From positions 1 through 50,933 of the forward strand of contig JAJOLD010000006.1 in NCBI GenBank assembly GCA_021129515.1: a stretch of 50,933 nucleotides of DNA, read 5' to 3'. Below are positions 1-8,854 of the stretch, in pieces (within the stretch, counting starts at the first letter, position 1; each line of letters opens with the position of its first letter). The position numbers were made by a program, and so were the translations under genes. The DNA comes from Minisyncoccota bacterium (GTDB lineage Bacteria > Patescibacteriota > Minisyncoccia > Phycocordibacterales > UBA918). The notes below the pieces were generated by a model, which saw only the letters and a program-made list of their open reading frames with translations, was not told where the DNA came from and did not search any database.

Positions 1-564
1 GACCGAAAGAATCTCGGTGTGAAAGCGGGTGACACAGTACGTGTGCACCAAAAGATTCAAGATAAAGGAAAGACCCGAATCCAGGTATTTGAAGGTCTTG
101 TGCTTGCACGAAAGCATGGCAACGAAGCTGGTGCGACCTTTACCGTACGTAAGGTTGTTGATGGTATTGGTGTTGAGAAGGTATTTCCACTCTACTCACC
201 ACTCATCGACAAAATCGAAATTACTCGCCGAAGTAAGGTGCGTCGTTCGAAGCTCTACTACATTCGTGAGAAGGTTGCTCGTGAGATTAAGCGCCAGATG
301 CGCCGCATGCGTCTCGTTGCAATTGCGTCAGAATCTGAAGCAGAAGCAAAGGCTCGTGCTGAAGAGGAAGCAAAGGTAGCAGAAGAAGCGAAGAAAGCCG
401 AGGAAGCAGCAGCTGAAACAACTGAAGAGACTCCATCAGAGGAGGATCCGAAGGGGGAAGAAGCTAAGGCTGACGAAGCTCCAGCTGAAGAAACAAAGGA
501 AGAAGAAGTATTAGACGATGCTAAAGCTCCTGAAGCATCTTCAGAAGAAAAGAAAGAAGGCTAA
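1..564 (+). CDS. rplS: 50S ribosomal protein L19, 5'-partial, with long acidic C-terminal tail
   Basis: GDTVRVH...RIQVFEGLV...[16 protein letters not shown]...[11 protein letters not shown] is the L19 signature. The frame is open from base 1. Confidence 0.97.
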   Translation, partial: DRKNLGVKAGDTVRVHQKIQDKGKTRIQVFEGLVLARKHGNEAGATFTVRKVVDGIGVEKVFPLYSPLIDKIEITRRSKVRRSKLYYIREKVAREIKRQMRRMRLVAIASESEAEAKARAEEEAKVAEEAKKAEEAAAETTEETPSEEDPKGEEAKADEAPAEETKEEEVLDDAKAPEASSEEKKEG

Positions 565-605
565 TATTGCTTGAAGCAATACGCCCAAGCAAAATAGTGA
601 TACTC

Positions 606-636
606 AAAAACCACCCACATCACTCGGGTGGTTTTT
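606..636 (+). terminator. Probable intrinsic terminator after rplS
   Basis: AAAAACCACCC...GGGTGGTTTTT stem followed by a T-rich run. Confidence 0.7.
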
Positions 637-677
637 GTTTTGTTGTATTAAAAAATAATTGGTAGACATGATATATT

Positions 678-865
678 AGAAACTGTCTAAAGTCTCACCA
701 TGAAAGATGATATGACCGTACTTCATTTCGGGTCGTCGTAGCCAAAAATCTGGCTGCAGCACTTCGATTCGATCGCAATGAACGTGAGTTCATTTTGGTC
801 TCCATCTCGTGTTTCGCTCAGATTTTTGCCTACTTGAGACTCCGATGAGACTCTAGACAGTTTCT
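678..865. repeat. About 190-bp element bounded by 20-bp inverted repeats (MITE/REPIN-like) with an internal long hairpin
   Basis: AGAAACTGTCTAAAGTCTCA (678-697) pairs with TGAGACTCTAGACAGTTTCT (846-865), 1 mismatch. Inner arms GTAGCCAAAAATCTG/CAGATTTTTGCCTAC. Confidence 0.6.
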
Positions 866-872
866 TAGAGAA

Positions 873-1528
873 ATGGGGAAGCGTGGACCAAAACCTAAGG
901 GAAGGGTAGATACAGCCTGGTGTCCAGAACTGGCGTATGCAGTCAGTTTGATTGCAGCTGACGGTTCACTATCAAAAGGTGGTCGGCATATTGATTTCAC
1001 ATCCAAAGACCTTGACCTCATGAGGACATATTGTTCATGTCTTGGGATTGCTGACATTACAATTGGCAAGAAGTACAGTGGTAATAAACAAAATGGAACA
1101 TATTGCAGAGTGCAGTTTGGAGATGTCTTGTTCTATAAGTGGCTGCAAGATATTGGATTGTCTCCAAACAAGTCGTTGACCATTGCTTCACTCGATATAC
1201 CCGATGACTACTTTTTGATTTCCTTCGTGGTGAGTGGGATGGCGACGGAACTATATATTGTTCGGAAGATAAACGATGGAACAATAGTTTTGTTGTGAGT
1301 ATTGCGTTTGCGAGTGGAAGTATTGAATTTTTAGAATGGTTGCAGCAAGAAATTAATGCCAGACTAGGAACAACAGGTCATATACAACATACTCGTGCAT
1401 CGCAATTGCGGTATGCACGCAAAGACTCAAAAAAGATTTTTGATGCTATGTTTTACTCAAATAATCTCCCACATTTGAAAAGAAAATTTGCAAAAGCACA
1501 AAAAATCTTTACAATGAACGGGCTCTGA
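873..1528 (+). pseudogene. LAGLIDADG homing-endonuclease-like protein (two-motif type), frameshifted
   Basis: Motif 1 is AYAVSLIAADGSL. Adding one T to the T5 run at 1212-1216 gives motif 2, YFFDFLRGEWDGDG, and reads through into ORF 1295-1528. Confidence 0.85.
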
Positions 1529-1538
1529 ATAGAGTTAT

Positions 1539-1625
1539 GCCTAGGTGGCGAAACTGGTAAACGCGTATGCTTGAGGGGCATATGGGAGCAATCCCTTGGA
1601 GGTTCAAGTCCTCTCCTAGGCACCA
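1539..1625 (+). tRNA. tRNA-Leu(GAG)
   Basis: GCCTAGG/CCTAGGC acceptor stem, TATGC-TTGAGGG-GCATA anticodon arm, long variable arm, GGTTCAAGTCC T-arm, encoded CCA. Confidence 0.97.
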
Positions 1626-1664
1626 AAATAAATTGTCAGATTTCTATCTGGCAATTTATTTTGG
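1623..1664 (+). terminator. Hairpin directly after tRNA-Leu
   Basis: CCAAAATAAATTGTCAGA / TCTGGCAATTTATTTTGG inverted repeat. Confidence 0.6.
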
Positions 1665-1745
1665 TTTGAGGACTTGAAGAGCTTTTGTGCTAGATTATGA
1701 GCGAAGCGAAATAATATAGCCAAAAGGTATACTGAAACTGTAAGT

Positions 1746-1766
1746 TTCAAGTCCTCTCCTAGGCAC
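1746..1766 (+). repeat. 21-bp direct repeat of the tRNA-Leu 3' end
   Basis: TTCAAGTCCTCTCCTAGGCAC is identical to 1603-1623. Confidence 0.9.
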
Positions 1767-2122
1767 AAAACAGTACACAGAAAACTGCTTTGCTTGTGTG
1801 TTGTTTTGTGAGACGGAACGATGTGCGAGCTCGCTCAATGCGAGCACGAGTGGGTCCGGGGAGAAAGTTCTTGTGAGCGTTAGCGAACTAGAAACTTGAC
1901 CCCACTGGATACGTGACCTGCGTCACGTACGGCTCGGGTGTGAGGCGGAGTGTGAGAAGCAAACGCTCGCAGCTTCACTAGGAGTTGTTGGACGCCACTC
2001 ACATGAACGTTATGTTTTGTCGCGTGGCTCCGAGATAAACCTTATACTCCAAAGATGCTCCATAGTCACGCTCCACCTATGCCAAATTAACATTCAAAAA
2101 AACCACGCTATAATAGACTCAT

Positions 2123-2704
2123 ATGAGAACCACACTTCCTCGTGACGCTATTGTCATCCCCGAAAATGCAACACGTGTATTTGAGGGCATCATTCATGAT
2201 GTATATCAATGGCCACAAGAACAATTTGACGGAAGTACCGTCACCTTTGAAATGACCAAGCGACCAGATACCGTCCAAGTCTTTTTAGTAAAGGAAAATA
2301 AAATCTTAATACAAAAACAAGAACAGCCTTTTGTCGGTGCATTCTATAGTCTCCCTGGAGGACGCCATGAAGTTGCATCAGAAACTGAAGTGGAAGCAAT
2401 GGCACGAGAGCTCAAAGAAGAAACAGGCATTGTTGCAGCAGGGCTCACCCTTGTGGCAGTTGAACAGCCACATTCAAAGACTGAGTTTTTCGTGTATACC
2501 TTTGTTGCAGATGGCGTGAAAACAGAAGGGGAGATGGCGCTCGATGCAGGTGAAAAAATTGAAAATATATGGATGAGTGTTACGGACATTCGGAAGGTTA
2601 TGGATGATGGTGCATTTCGCGGAGTGCATAGTCATTTCTTTGATGAAATTGATGATGCCGACACCTTGCTTGAATTTCCTGAATACGTAGTAGACGCGTC
2701 ATAG
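2123..2704 (+). CDS. NUDIX hydrolase (ADP-ribose pyrophosphatase-like)
   Basis: Nudix box LPGGRHE...EAMARELKEETG. Confidence 0.9.
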   Translation: MRTTLPRDAIVIPENATRVFEGIIHDVYQWPQEQFDGSTVTFEMTKRPDTVQVFLVKENKILIQKQEQPFVGAFYSLPGGRHEVASETEVEAMARELKEETGIVAAGLTLVAVEQPHSKTEFFVYTFVADGVKTEGEMALDAGEKIENIWMSVTDIRKVMDDGAFRGVHSHFFDEIDDADTLLEFPEYVVDAS

Positions 2705-2753
2705 CACTCGACTTTTACGGCAAAAACCGCTACTATGTTGCGGCATAGATTAT

Positions 2754-2826
2754 GGCGGCTATAGTATAACGGTTAGTGCACCGGTTTGTGGTACCGGCAG
2801 TTCGGGTTCGATTCCCGGTAGCCGCC
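2754..2826 (+). tRNA. tRNA-His(GTG)
   Basis: G-1 plus GCGGCTA/TAGCCGC acceptor stem, CCGGT-TTGTGGT-ACCGG anticodon arm, GGTTCGATTCC T-loop, C discriminator. CCA is not encoded. Confidence 0.96.
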
Positions 2827-2921
2827 CAAAATTTTGACAAATACACTAAAATAGTGTATTATATTAATGAACGTTCATTCGAACTTCTCAATTCAAATTC
2901 CCAGCAATCAGGAGACCTCTC

Positions 2922-3324
2922 ATGCTGAACTTTATCTTTGCCATCATGGTTGGTGGACTATTCGCTTTCCTCTCAAAGGCTATCGGCCTTTCGGCTCTCC
3001 TTTTTGTGGGTGACGGATACAATTCCTACATGGACACATCTGCACTGGTGGGCACAATCGGCTGGTTCGTCCTCGGGGCGTGGCTTAGCACGGTTGTGCG
3101 GTTCGTTGGCCCGAAACGGTGCAAAGGATTGCAAGCCTCTACAAACAGCTCACCGGTGCAGAGATGCCACCAAGTATGGTATCTCCAGGTACAGTCAGTA
3201 TGTCTATGCAGACAACCTTACCAACCCCTTCTGGAGGGCAGGTAAGTATAGAAACTTCCAATCCAGCGGAATTTCAGAAGTTTCTGCAATTTTTAATGGT
3301 TTATTTGCAGAGACAAATAAGTAA
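2922..3324 (+). CDS. Hypothetical membrane protein, probably one gene broken by two single-base deletions
   Basis: AGGAG SD and two hydrophobic segments. A plausible read-through GP-ETVQRIASL...NPAE-ISEVSAIFNGLFAETNK* needs one extra base near 3110 and one near 3270 (inference). Confidence 0.45.
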
Positions 3325-3391
3325 GATTGGTCTGTTTCAGACAAAACTCGCATCAGATATATGGTGCGGTTTTTTTGTTATACTTTCCGCA

Positions 3392-4087
3392 ATGAACAAA
3401 GTTGCAATTATAGGATACGGACAGTTTGGTCGGTTTATGGCGAAGCATCTGCGACCGTACGTGAAGGTGGTGCCGGTCGATGTTGATACGGACCCAGCAA
3501 AGATTGCCGATTGTGACATGGTGGTGTACGCAGTACCGTTTGATGCGCTTGAGCAGGCGATACACAGTACAAAACCACATGTGAAAGCAGGTGCATTGAT
3601 ACTCGATATCTCTTCGGTGAAGCAAAAGCCGCTTGCGCTCTTAAAGAAGTATTTTAAAAAACATGAAATACTCGGCACTCACCCTATGTTTGGTCCTGAG
3701 TCTGGCGCGAAGGGTATCGAGGGACTGCCGATTGTGCTCTGCAATATCTCGTTTACCCACAGTACCTATAGGCAGACCAAACAGTTCCTTAAAAAAGAAC
3801 TGGGTCTCAAGGTGGTGGAGCAGACTCCAAAGCAGCACGACCAAGAAGTGGCATATATGCAGGGACTTTCGCACTTTATAGGGAAGGCACTGCTTGATAT
3901 GGGGCTCAAAAGTTATGCGGCAAACACACAGTCGTATGCATATCTCTTGCGTTTCTGTGGCAACCTCAAAAATGACAGTTGGGATCTCTTCAAAACTATT
4001 CAAAATGCCAATCCTGAAGCGAAAAAAGTTCGTGCCCAGTTTAGGAAAACGCTTGAGCAGTTAGAAAAGCAGTTGCAGGAAGGGTAG
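3392..4087 (+). CDS. tyrA: Prephenate/arogenate dehydrogenase (TyrA family)
   Basis: Rossmann motif IIGYGQFG, DISSVK, THPMFGP, HDQEVAYMQGLSH. The start is moved to ATG 3392, just after a TATACT -10 box. Confidence 0.88.
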   Translation: MNKVAIIGYGQFGRFMAKHLRPYVKVVPVDVDTDPAKIADCDMVVYAVPFDALEQAIHSTKPHVKAGALILDISSVKQKPLALLKKYFKKHEILGTHPMFGPESGAKGIEGLPIVLCNISFTHSTYRQTKQFLKKELGLKVVEQTPKQHDQEVAYMQGLSHFIGKALLDMGLKSYAANTQSYAYLLRFCGNLKNDSWDLFKTIQNANPEAKKVRAQFRKTLEQLEKQLQEG

Positions 4088-4570
4088 AAAAAAGCTCTGT
4101 CAAAGGCAAATGCAAAGTCGAAAAAGAGCCAATAGCCACTTCGGAGAGGGGTCATGTTAGTAAAAAAGATAAAGCAGCTAATTGAGATTAGAATAAAGAT
4201 AGCCACTCCCCAAAACTTGCGAGTCTTATACCAAGGGGTGCCCTGTGTGTGTTCGATGACGTGTTCCATAGTGAAAAAGTGAAATAAACATGAGTATGTG
4301 GCGAGTTTCCACTAATAGCGCAGAGATACCTCTACAGAGAGAAATAGTGATATTGAAGTATAGCTTCATGTCTTTGACATGCGATATTGGTTTGGTATCA
4401 TCGAGGGTGATGCAGTGCATTGCAACACAAACACATTGTTGGTGGCATACTCGACATGTTCGTCGGGCGCGTTTTGTGTTGTAAGAAACTTTCTCTGGAA
4501 GTACAAACTAAAACCCGCTCTATGAGCGGGTTTTATGTATAGTTCTTTCAATCACACTTGGGGGTGATAC

Positions 4571-4846
4571 GTGGAAAAAACTGAAATTTCCGAAGGGGAT
4601 ATTGCTCCTACAATTGCTAATGCGGTACGGGGGTATTGTTCGCCTCATTGCATGAGCCGTTATGTAGATATGCTCAAAGAAGGTACGCATGGGCAGATTA
4701 CCAATGACGGGGACAAATGGTTCGTGTGGGTAGACGACTATGGGTGGTTCCTCTTATCCCCAGTGCATCTCACAAAAACGGAGTATGTGCTGCCTACAGC
4801 GTCACCGCGTGGTGGTCCTGGTTGGATTTGTGCGGGACTCTCATGA
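4571..4846 (+). CDS. Hypothetical protein
   Basis: GTG start with GGGGGTG SD, downstream of a terminator hairpin (4510-4534). No family recognised. Confidence 0.5.
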   Translation: MEKTEISEGDIAPTIANAVRGYCSPHCMSRYVDMLKEGTHGQITNDGDKWFVWVDDYGWFLLSPVHLTKTEYVLPTASPRGGPGWICAGLS

Positions 4847-4951
4847 GGAGGGTAATAATGGAGGTCGCACCACGGGTGCGACCTTTTTGACAAAAATAAA
4901 ATAAATTGTATTATCTGTGCAGAATATTGCTGATTTATTGGAGAGAATGCT

Positions 4952-5554
4952 ATGAGTGATATTAGGAATACAAGGTCAGTTAAACAATTGGTGGAGATGT
5001 CCATGAGGTTAGATGCTGTTCCTAGAGTGCATAATCTTAAATCACTGGAAAGCGTCTATGATGGTATGCATAAGTGTCTTATTACGAGTTCTGCACGAAA
5101 GTTGGTAGAGCGAATTGATTTTTCAGACATGCTACATGTACGCTTTGTCGACTTTATACGTGTTGGTACGTATGGGAAGGATCAGCCTTCATATGATTCT
5201 TTTGTCGCTGAACAATTAGGGAAAGGATATGTGCTTTGTGGTCCTGAGGATGCACTATTTGCACGACTCAAGTATTATCGTCAGCCAGTTGATGTTGTCC
5301 GTGACGAAAAAAATATCAAACAGACAAAAATATTATCGCGTATTATTTTTGCGATGGAGCCTATTGACGGCAGCGTGTTTGAGATATGTCGTGTTCCGCA
5401 GGCGGTTGAAGGTGTCTTGCCTAAAAAATATAGACCGGCGGGATCACGCCCCAAAAGGATTCTTGAAGACTGTCGATTACTCACTGCTCGTGACTACGAA
5501 TTCTATGCTCATCTCGAGCCGACAATGGTGGTTGCTTTTAGGAAGGGAGTGTAG
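4952..5554 (+). CDS. Hypothetical protein
   Basis: 200-aa ORF with GGAG SD and a terminator hairpin at about 5564-5589. Confidence 0.65.
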   Translation: MSDIRNTRSVKQLVEMSMRLDAVPRVHNLKSLESVYDGMHKCLITSSARKLVERIDFSDMLHVRFVDFIRVGTYGKDQPSYDSFVAEQLGKGYVLCGPEDALFARLKYYRQPVDVVRDEKNIKQTKILSRIIFAMEPIDGSVFEICRVPQAVEGVLPKKYRPAGSRPKRILEDCRLLTARDYEFYAHLEPTMVVAFRKGV

Positions 5555-5614
5555 TGCTTTCAACAACCCGCGCAAGAATGCGCGGGTTTATTGTGTCTAT
5601 GCTATGCTTTTTCT

Positions 5615-5710
5615 ATGGATAAAAACGACATGATACTCCTGATTACCTTTATGTTTCTGATTGGTGCGGGGCTTGGGTTTTATATTGCACGGGCGTTGTT
5701 TGGTGGGTAG
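5615..5710 (+). CDS. Small single-pass membrane peptide (31 aa, MDKNDMILLITFMFLIGAGLGFYIARALFGG)
   Basis: Read directly from the sequence, below the ORF-track cutoff. Clean TM helix with a TGCTATGCT -10-like element just upstream. Confidence 0.5.
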   Translation: MDKNDMILLITFMFLIGAGLGFYIARALFGG

Positions 5711-5787
5711 CCACTACATATGTTATCCGACTAATTAGGTATCTAGTTGGTCGGATAACGTACTGAGTACCGTCTATCTCAAAACTC

Positions 5788-5914
5788 CTGGATTGCTTCG
5801 CATTCGCTCGCAAAGACAGGCGCTTCGCGCCTGTTTCAGAAGAAAAACTATAGGTTTTTCTTCTGACGGCACCTACGGTGCCGTCATTGCGAAGCATGTG
5901 CTGAAGCAATCCAG
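5788..5914. repeat. REP/REPIN-like doublet of the GTCATTGCGAG...GAAGCAATCC family
   Basis: CTGGATTGCTTCGCATTCGCTCGCAAAGAC ... CCGTCATTGCGAAGCATGTGCTGAAGCAATCCAG. Same family at 12783, 34871, 39582 and 45842. Confidence 0.85.
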
Positions 5915-6035
5915 TGTTTTAGTAATGTATGGTCAGCATATGTTGACGTGTATGGTGTGTATTGTCTGATACGGAATATGTGAGCGCACGAGGTATACTG
6001 GTCGCAATTTCGTTTAATAATTAATACATGTCTAT

Positions 6036-6416
6036 ATGAAAGGATTTATTACTGAATTTAAAGCATTTGCAATGAAGGGCAACGTAGTTGAGCTGGCAGT
6101 TGCTGTGGTTATTGGTGCTGCGTTTGGGAAGATTGTGTCTTCGCTCGTTGAAAACATCATTACACCAGTTATCGGTACGCTCATGAAGGGTGTCGACTTC
6201 ACGGGGCTTGCGATTGAGGTAGGGGATGCGCACATCACCTACGGTGTATTCTTGCAGTCAGTGCTCGACTTTGTGATTGTCGCGTTTGTTATCTTCATGG
6301 TAGTGAAGGTAATCAACAAAATGCAGAAGGAAGAGCCAGCAGAAGAAGAAAAGCCAGCAGAGTCTTCAGAAGAGGTGCAGCTGCTTCGTGAGATTCGCGA
6401 TGGGCTTCGTCGATAG
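6036..6416 (+). CDS. mscL: Large-conductance mechanosensitive channel
   Basis: [31 protein letters not shown]...LLREIRD. Confidence 0.97.
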   Translation: MKGFITEFKAFAMKGNVVELAVAVVIGAAFGKIVSSLVENIITPVIGTLMKGVDFTGLAIEVGDAHITYGVFLQSVLDFVIVAFVIFMVVKVINKMQKEEPAEEEKPAESSEEVQLLREIRDGLRR

Positions 6417-6644
6417 GGGAGTTTGACGGATAGCAAAGAGGCGCCCGCGTAGCGGGCGCCTCTTTTGCATTAAAAGTGTCCGGTAGTTTCTGACCGGGCT
6501 GAGTCCACCATAAGAGGATGGAGGAGGAAAATACTATGCAAGCAACTTGTGTTTGGGTCAACTAGCATGCTAAGGGTTTGCATTATTGAGTGGGTATTGA
6601 AAATGGCCCAAAGTTTTCAACCAAGGGCCAGTGAAGAGGAATGT

Positions 6645-7139
6645 TTATTCGAGAGACGATGTCGCAGCAGACATCGATGTTTTCTTTGCAACAAAAGGTG
6701 CTTTTCTCGTCGTCTTTTCAGTAGATTTGTTCTTTTGTGCAGCTTTGACGGCCTCGTTTATCTCCACCGCTTCAGACACAATAACCTGCTTCACACGTCG
6801 CCATAATTTGCCAACAATTGCTTCAGCACCAGTCTTCATGACATCGTTTGCTGCGAACTTCGTGATAATGCCATGCATATCACAGAGCGTAACATTATGT
6901 GAGTCTTCCGAATCTTGTACCACCAGATGATTTCCAGTCTCACTGACGGCGATACCTTGATGTGCAAGCATCATGACGATTGAATATGCCGCTTCCATCA
7001 TTTGTGTATCAAGTTCAGGGCCTTCAAGGAGTGGTTCGGATATGATAGGTAGTAAGATGTCTTTAAACGTCGCGTTCAAAGACGCCGGTTTTTCGTGATG
7101 AAACATAGGTGTTCCTCTATTTTTGTTTGAGAACATCAT
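6645..7139 (-). CDS. Hypothetical protein (C-terminus may extend to about 6583 via a frameshift)
   Basis: 164-aa ORF with a purine-rich SD-like site (GGAAGAAGGA). No family recognised. Confidence 0.55.
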   Translation of the reverse strand: MMFSNKNRGTPMFHHEKPASLNATFKDILLPIISEPLLEGPELDTQMMEAAYSIVMMLAHQGIAVSETGNHLVVQDSEDSHNVTLCDMHGIITKFAANDVMKTGAEAIVGKLWRRVKQVIVSEAVEINEAVKAAQKNKSTEKTTRKAPFVAKKTSMSAATSSLE

Positions 7140-7555
7140 CCTTCTTCCAGTACGGGCAGGACGACAAATGAAACTGTACTACCAGAAATATGGCATGTCA
7201 ATATCGTAATGATGGTATTTGTAACACTACAAAACACCCTTTGCAGGTGCACAAGACTTGTCTCCCGGTGCGAAATATTGCTATCCACAGACAGCGCACA
7301 GAAGGCTAAAAAACCTTCATTTAAAAAACCAAGGATTTTAAGCATTTATTAAAATGGGGTAGAAAATACATAGGAAATCAGCCAAAGAGTAGTCATGCTA
7401 TTATGTGTCTAACACACGCTACTTGCTCTTCGTGTGTCGGGGGTATACGAAGCACATAATGGTCCGCGTTTCTCCAGTGCGGCGTGCACAGTTCATGTAA
7501 CTCGTTGAGTACACGAACGTCCTTTATTAGTGCCTATTAAACAATAGTACAAGCT

Positions 7556-8659
7556 ATGGTCACAGAGGTTATCAAGCGAGATGGCGTCATCGAAGCATTT
7601 GACGCAACAAAAATTAAAACAGCAATGCACAAGGCATTGGCAGTGGAAGGGGTCCCTGAAGACGAAGAGACTCTAGACGCGATGGTGGAGGCGGTGGGGG
7701 TCACACTACTTGCACTTGGGGAACGCGAAGGGCGCAGACCAACAACCGAAGAAGTGCAAGACACTATTGAACACGTGTTTATGCAGTATTCGTATTTTGC
7801 AGTAGCACGAACCTATATTTTACATCGATATCTTAAAGACGCCGGGAATGCTCAAGTGGTGGGCGATGGCGTCACTGCGGATAGTTTCATGATTACCCGC
7901 ACTGGAGGAAAAAAAGAACCATATGCACGCGAAAAAATGCACGCATACCTCGTGCGATTCGCTGAGGGGCATGCAGCAGCAATCGACTTTGATGCCGTGA
8001 TTGATAATGTGGAGCGTGGTCTCTACGACGGTATCAACACACGTGATATCGCAGCGCTCGTGACTGATGTACTGCGTTCGAGTATTGAAACAGATGCCGC
8101 ATACTCAGTTGTTGCAGCGCGACAGCTCTGTGATCGGGTATGTCAGGAGGTAACAGGTGGCACAACCACCCTTACCCGTGATGAATACAACGACGTATAC
8201 CGCACGGCGTTTGTGCGCGCAATGCGTCGCGGTGTTGAAGGTGGACAGCTTGATCGACGGATTCTTTCATTTGATCTCGAAAAGATGGCAGCGTTGCTTG
8301 ATCCTGCACGAGACAATCTCTTCATGTATCCGGGTGCTGCGCTCTTGCATAAAAAGTATTTGGTACGACTCGATAGTGGCGAGGTAATTGAAACGCCACA
8401 GATGATGTGGATGCGTATCGCAATGGGCGTTGCGCTTAATGAAGCGTATACCGAAACACGGGTACAAGAACTCTATGATGCAATGTCGACACTCCGTTTT
8501 GCACCGTCGAATCATTCACTGATGAGTATGGGCACGTATCAGGCAGCGTCGGTTGGAAATACCGCAGATACTGCTTCAGACGATATCAAGCACATCTTCA
8601 ATGTCTACGATGCTATTTCAGAGGAAATGCCCTCACGTGAAGCACTGAGTACCTTGTAG
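7556..8659 (+). CDS. Double ATP-cone plus ribonucleotide reductase alpha N-terminal domain protein, without the catalytic barrel
   Basis: VIKRDG..EAFDATKI (ATP cone 1), ITRTGGKKEPY (cone 2), RDNLF...KKYL...ETPQMMWMRIAMGVA (class I RNR alpha N-terminal domain). The ORF ends at 367 aa. Confidence 0.85.
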   Translation: MVTEVIKRDGVIEAFDATKIKTAMHKALAVEGVPEDEETLDAMVEAVGVTLLALGEREGRRPTTEEVQDTIEHVFMQYSYFAVARTYILHRYLKDAGNAQVVGDGVTADSFMITRTGGKKEPYAREKMHAYLVRFAEGHAAAIDFDAVIDNVERGLYDGINTRDIAALVTDVLRSSIETDAAYSVVAARQLCDRVCQEVTGGTTTLTRDEYNDVYRTAFVRAMRRGVEGGQLDRRILSFDLEKMAALLDPARDNLFMYPGAALLHKKYLVRLDSGEVIETPQMMWMRIAMGVALNEAYTETRVQELYDAMSTLRFAPSNHSLMSMGTYQAASVGNTADTASDDIKHIFNVYDAISEEMPSREALSTL

Positions 8660-8680
8660 GGTGGGGGTGTTGGGGCATGT

Positions 8681-8854
8681 CTAGAGTATCCATATAATGC
8701 CAATAATGCATGCAATCAGTATCAGTACTCGACTGGTATTGATGATGCGTTCTTGTAACAAGATGGTTTCTGGTGTGATGCCATCATAGTACTCTTCGCG
8801 TGTCACGATTGGTAGCCCATGCTGGTCTCGTGCACGTTTTATAAACAATTTCAT
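8681..8854 (-). CDS. 57-aa microprotein with C-terminal TM helix
   Basis: MKLFIKRARDQHGLPIVTREEYYDGITPETILLQERIINTSRVLILIACIIGIIWIL*, read directly from the minus strand. Confidence 0.55.
   Translation of the reverse strand: MKLFIKRARDQHGLPIVTREEYYDGITPETILLQERIINTSRVLILIACIIGIIWIL

Noticed and set aside
1690..1720. Hammerhead ribozyme suggested by TGA-stem-GAAA
   Set aside because: The CUGANGA core is missing here and at the similar junctions near 13056 and 33356.
3119..3391. 91-aa N-terminal extension of TyrA in the ORF track
   Set aside because: It spans a terminator-like hairpin and a -10 box. The Rossmann fold starts at ATG 3392, and the upstream part is better explained as the frameshifted 2922 gene.
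4000..4500. Minus-strand ORF 4000-4269 and the small ORFs at 4226-4551
   Set aside because: The first overlaps the tyrA 3' end by 88 nt, and none shows a recognisable motif. They may be decayed remnants but cannot be supported.
7281..7289. DnaA boxes or replication origin (CTATCCACA here and near 50847)
   Set aside because: Isolated one-mismatch boxes with no cluster and no dnaA/dnaN in the window.
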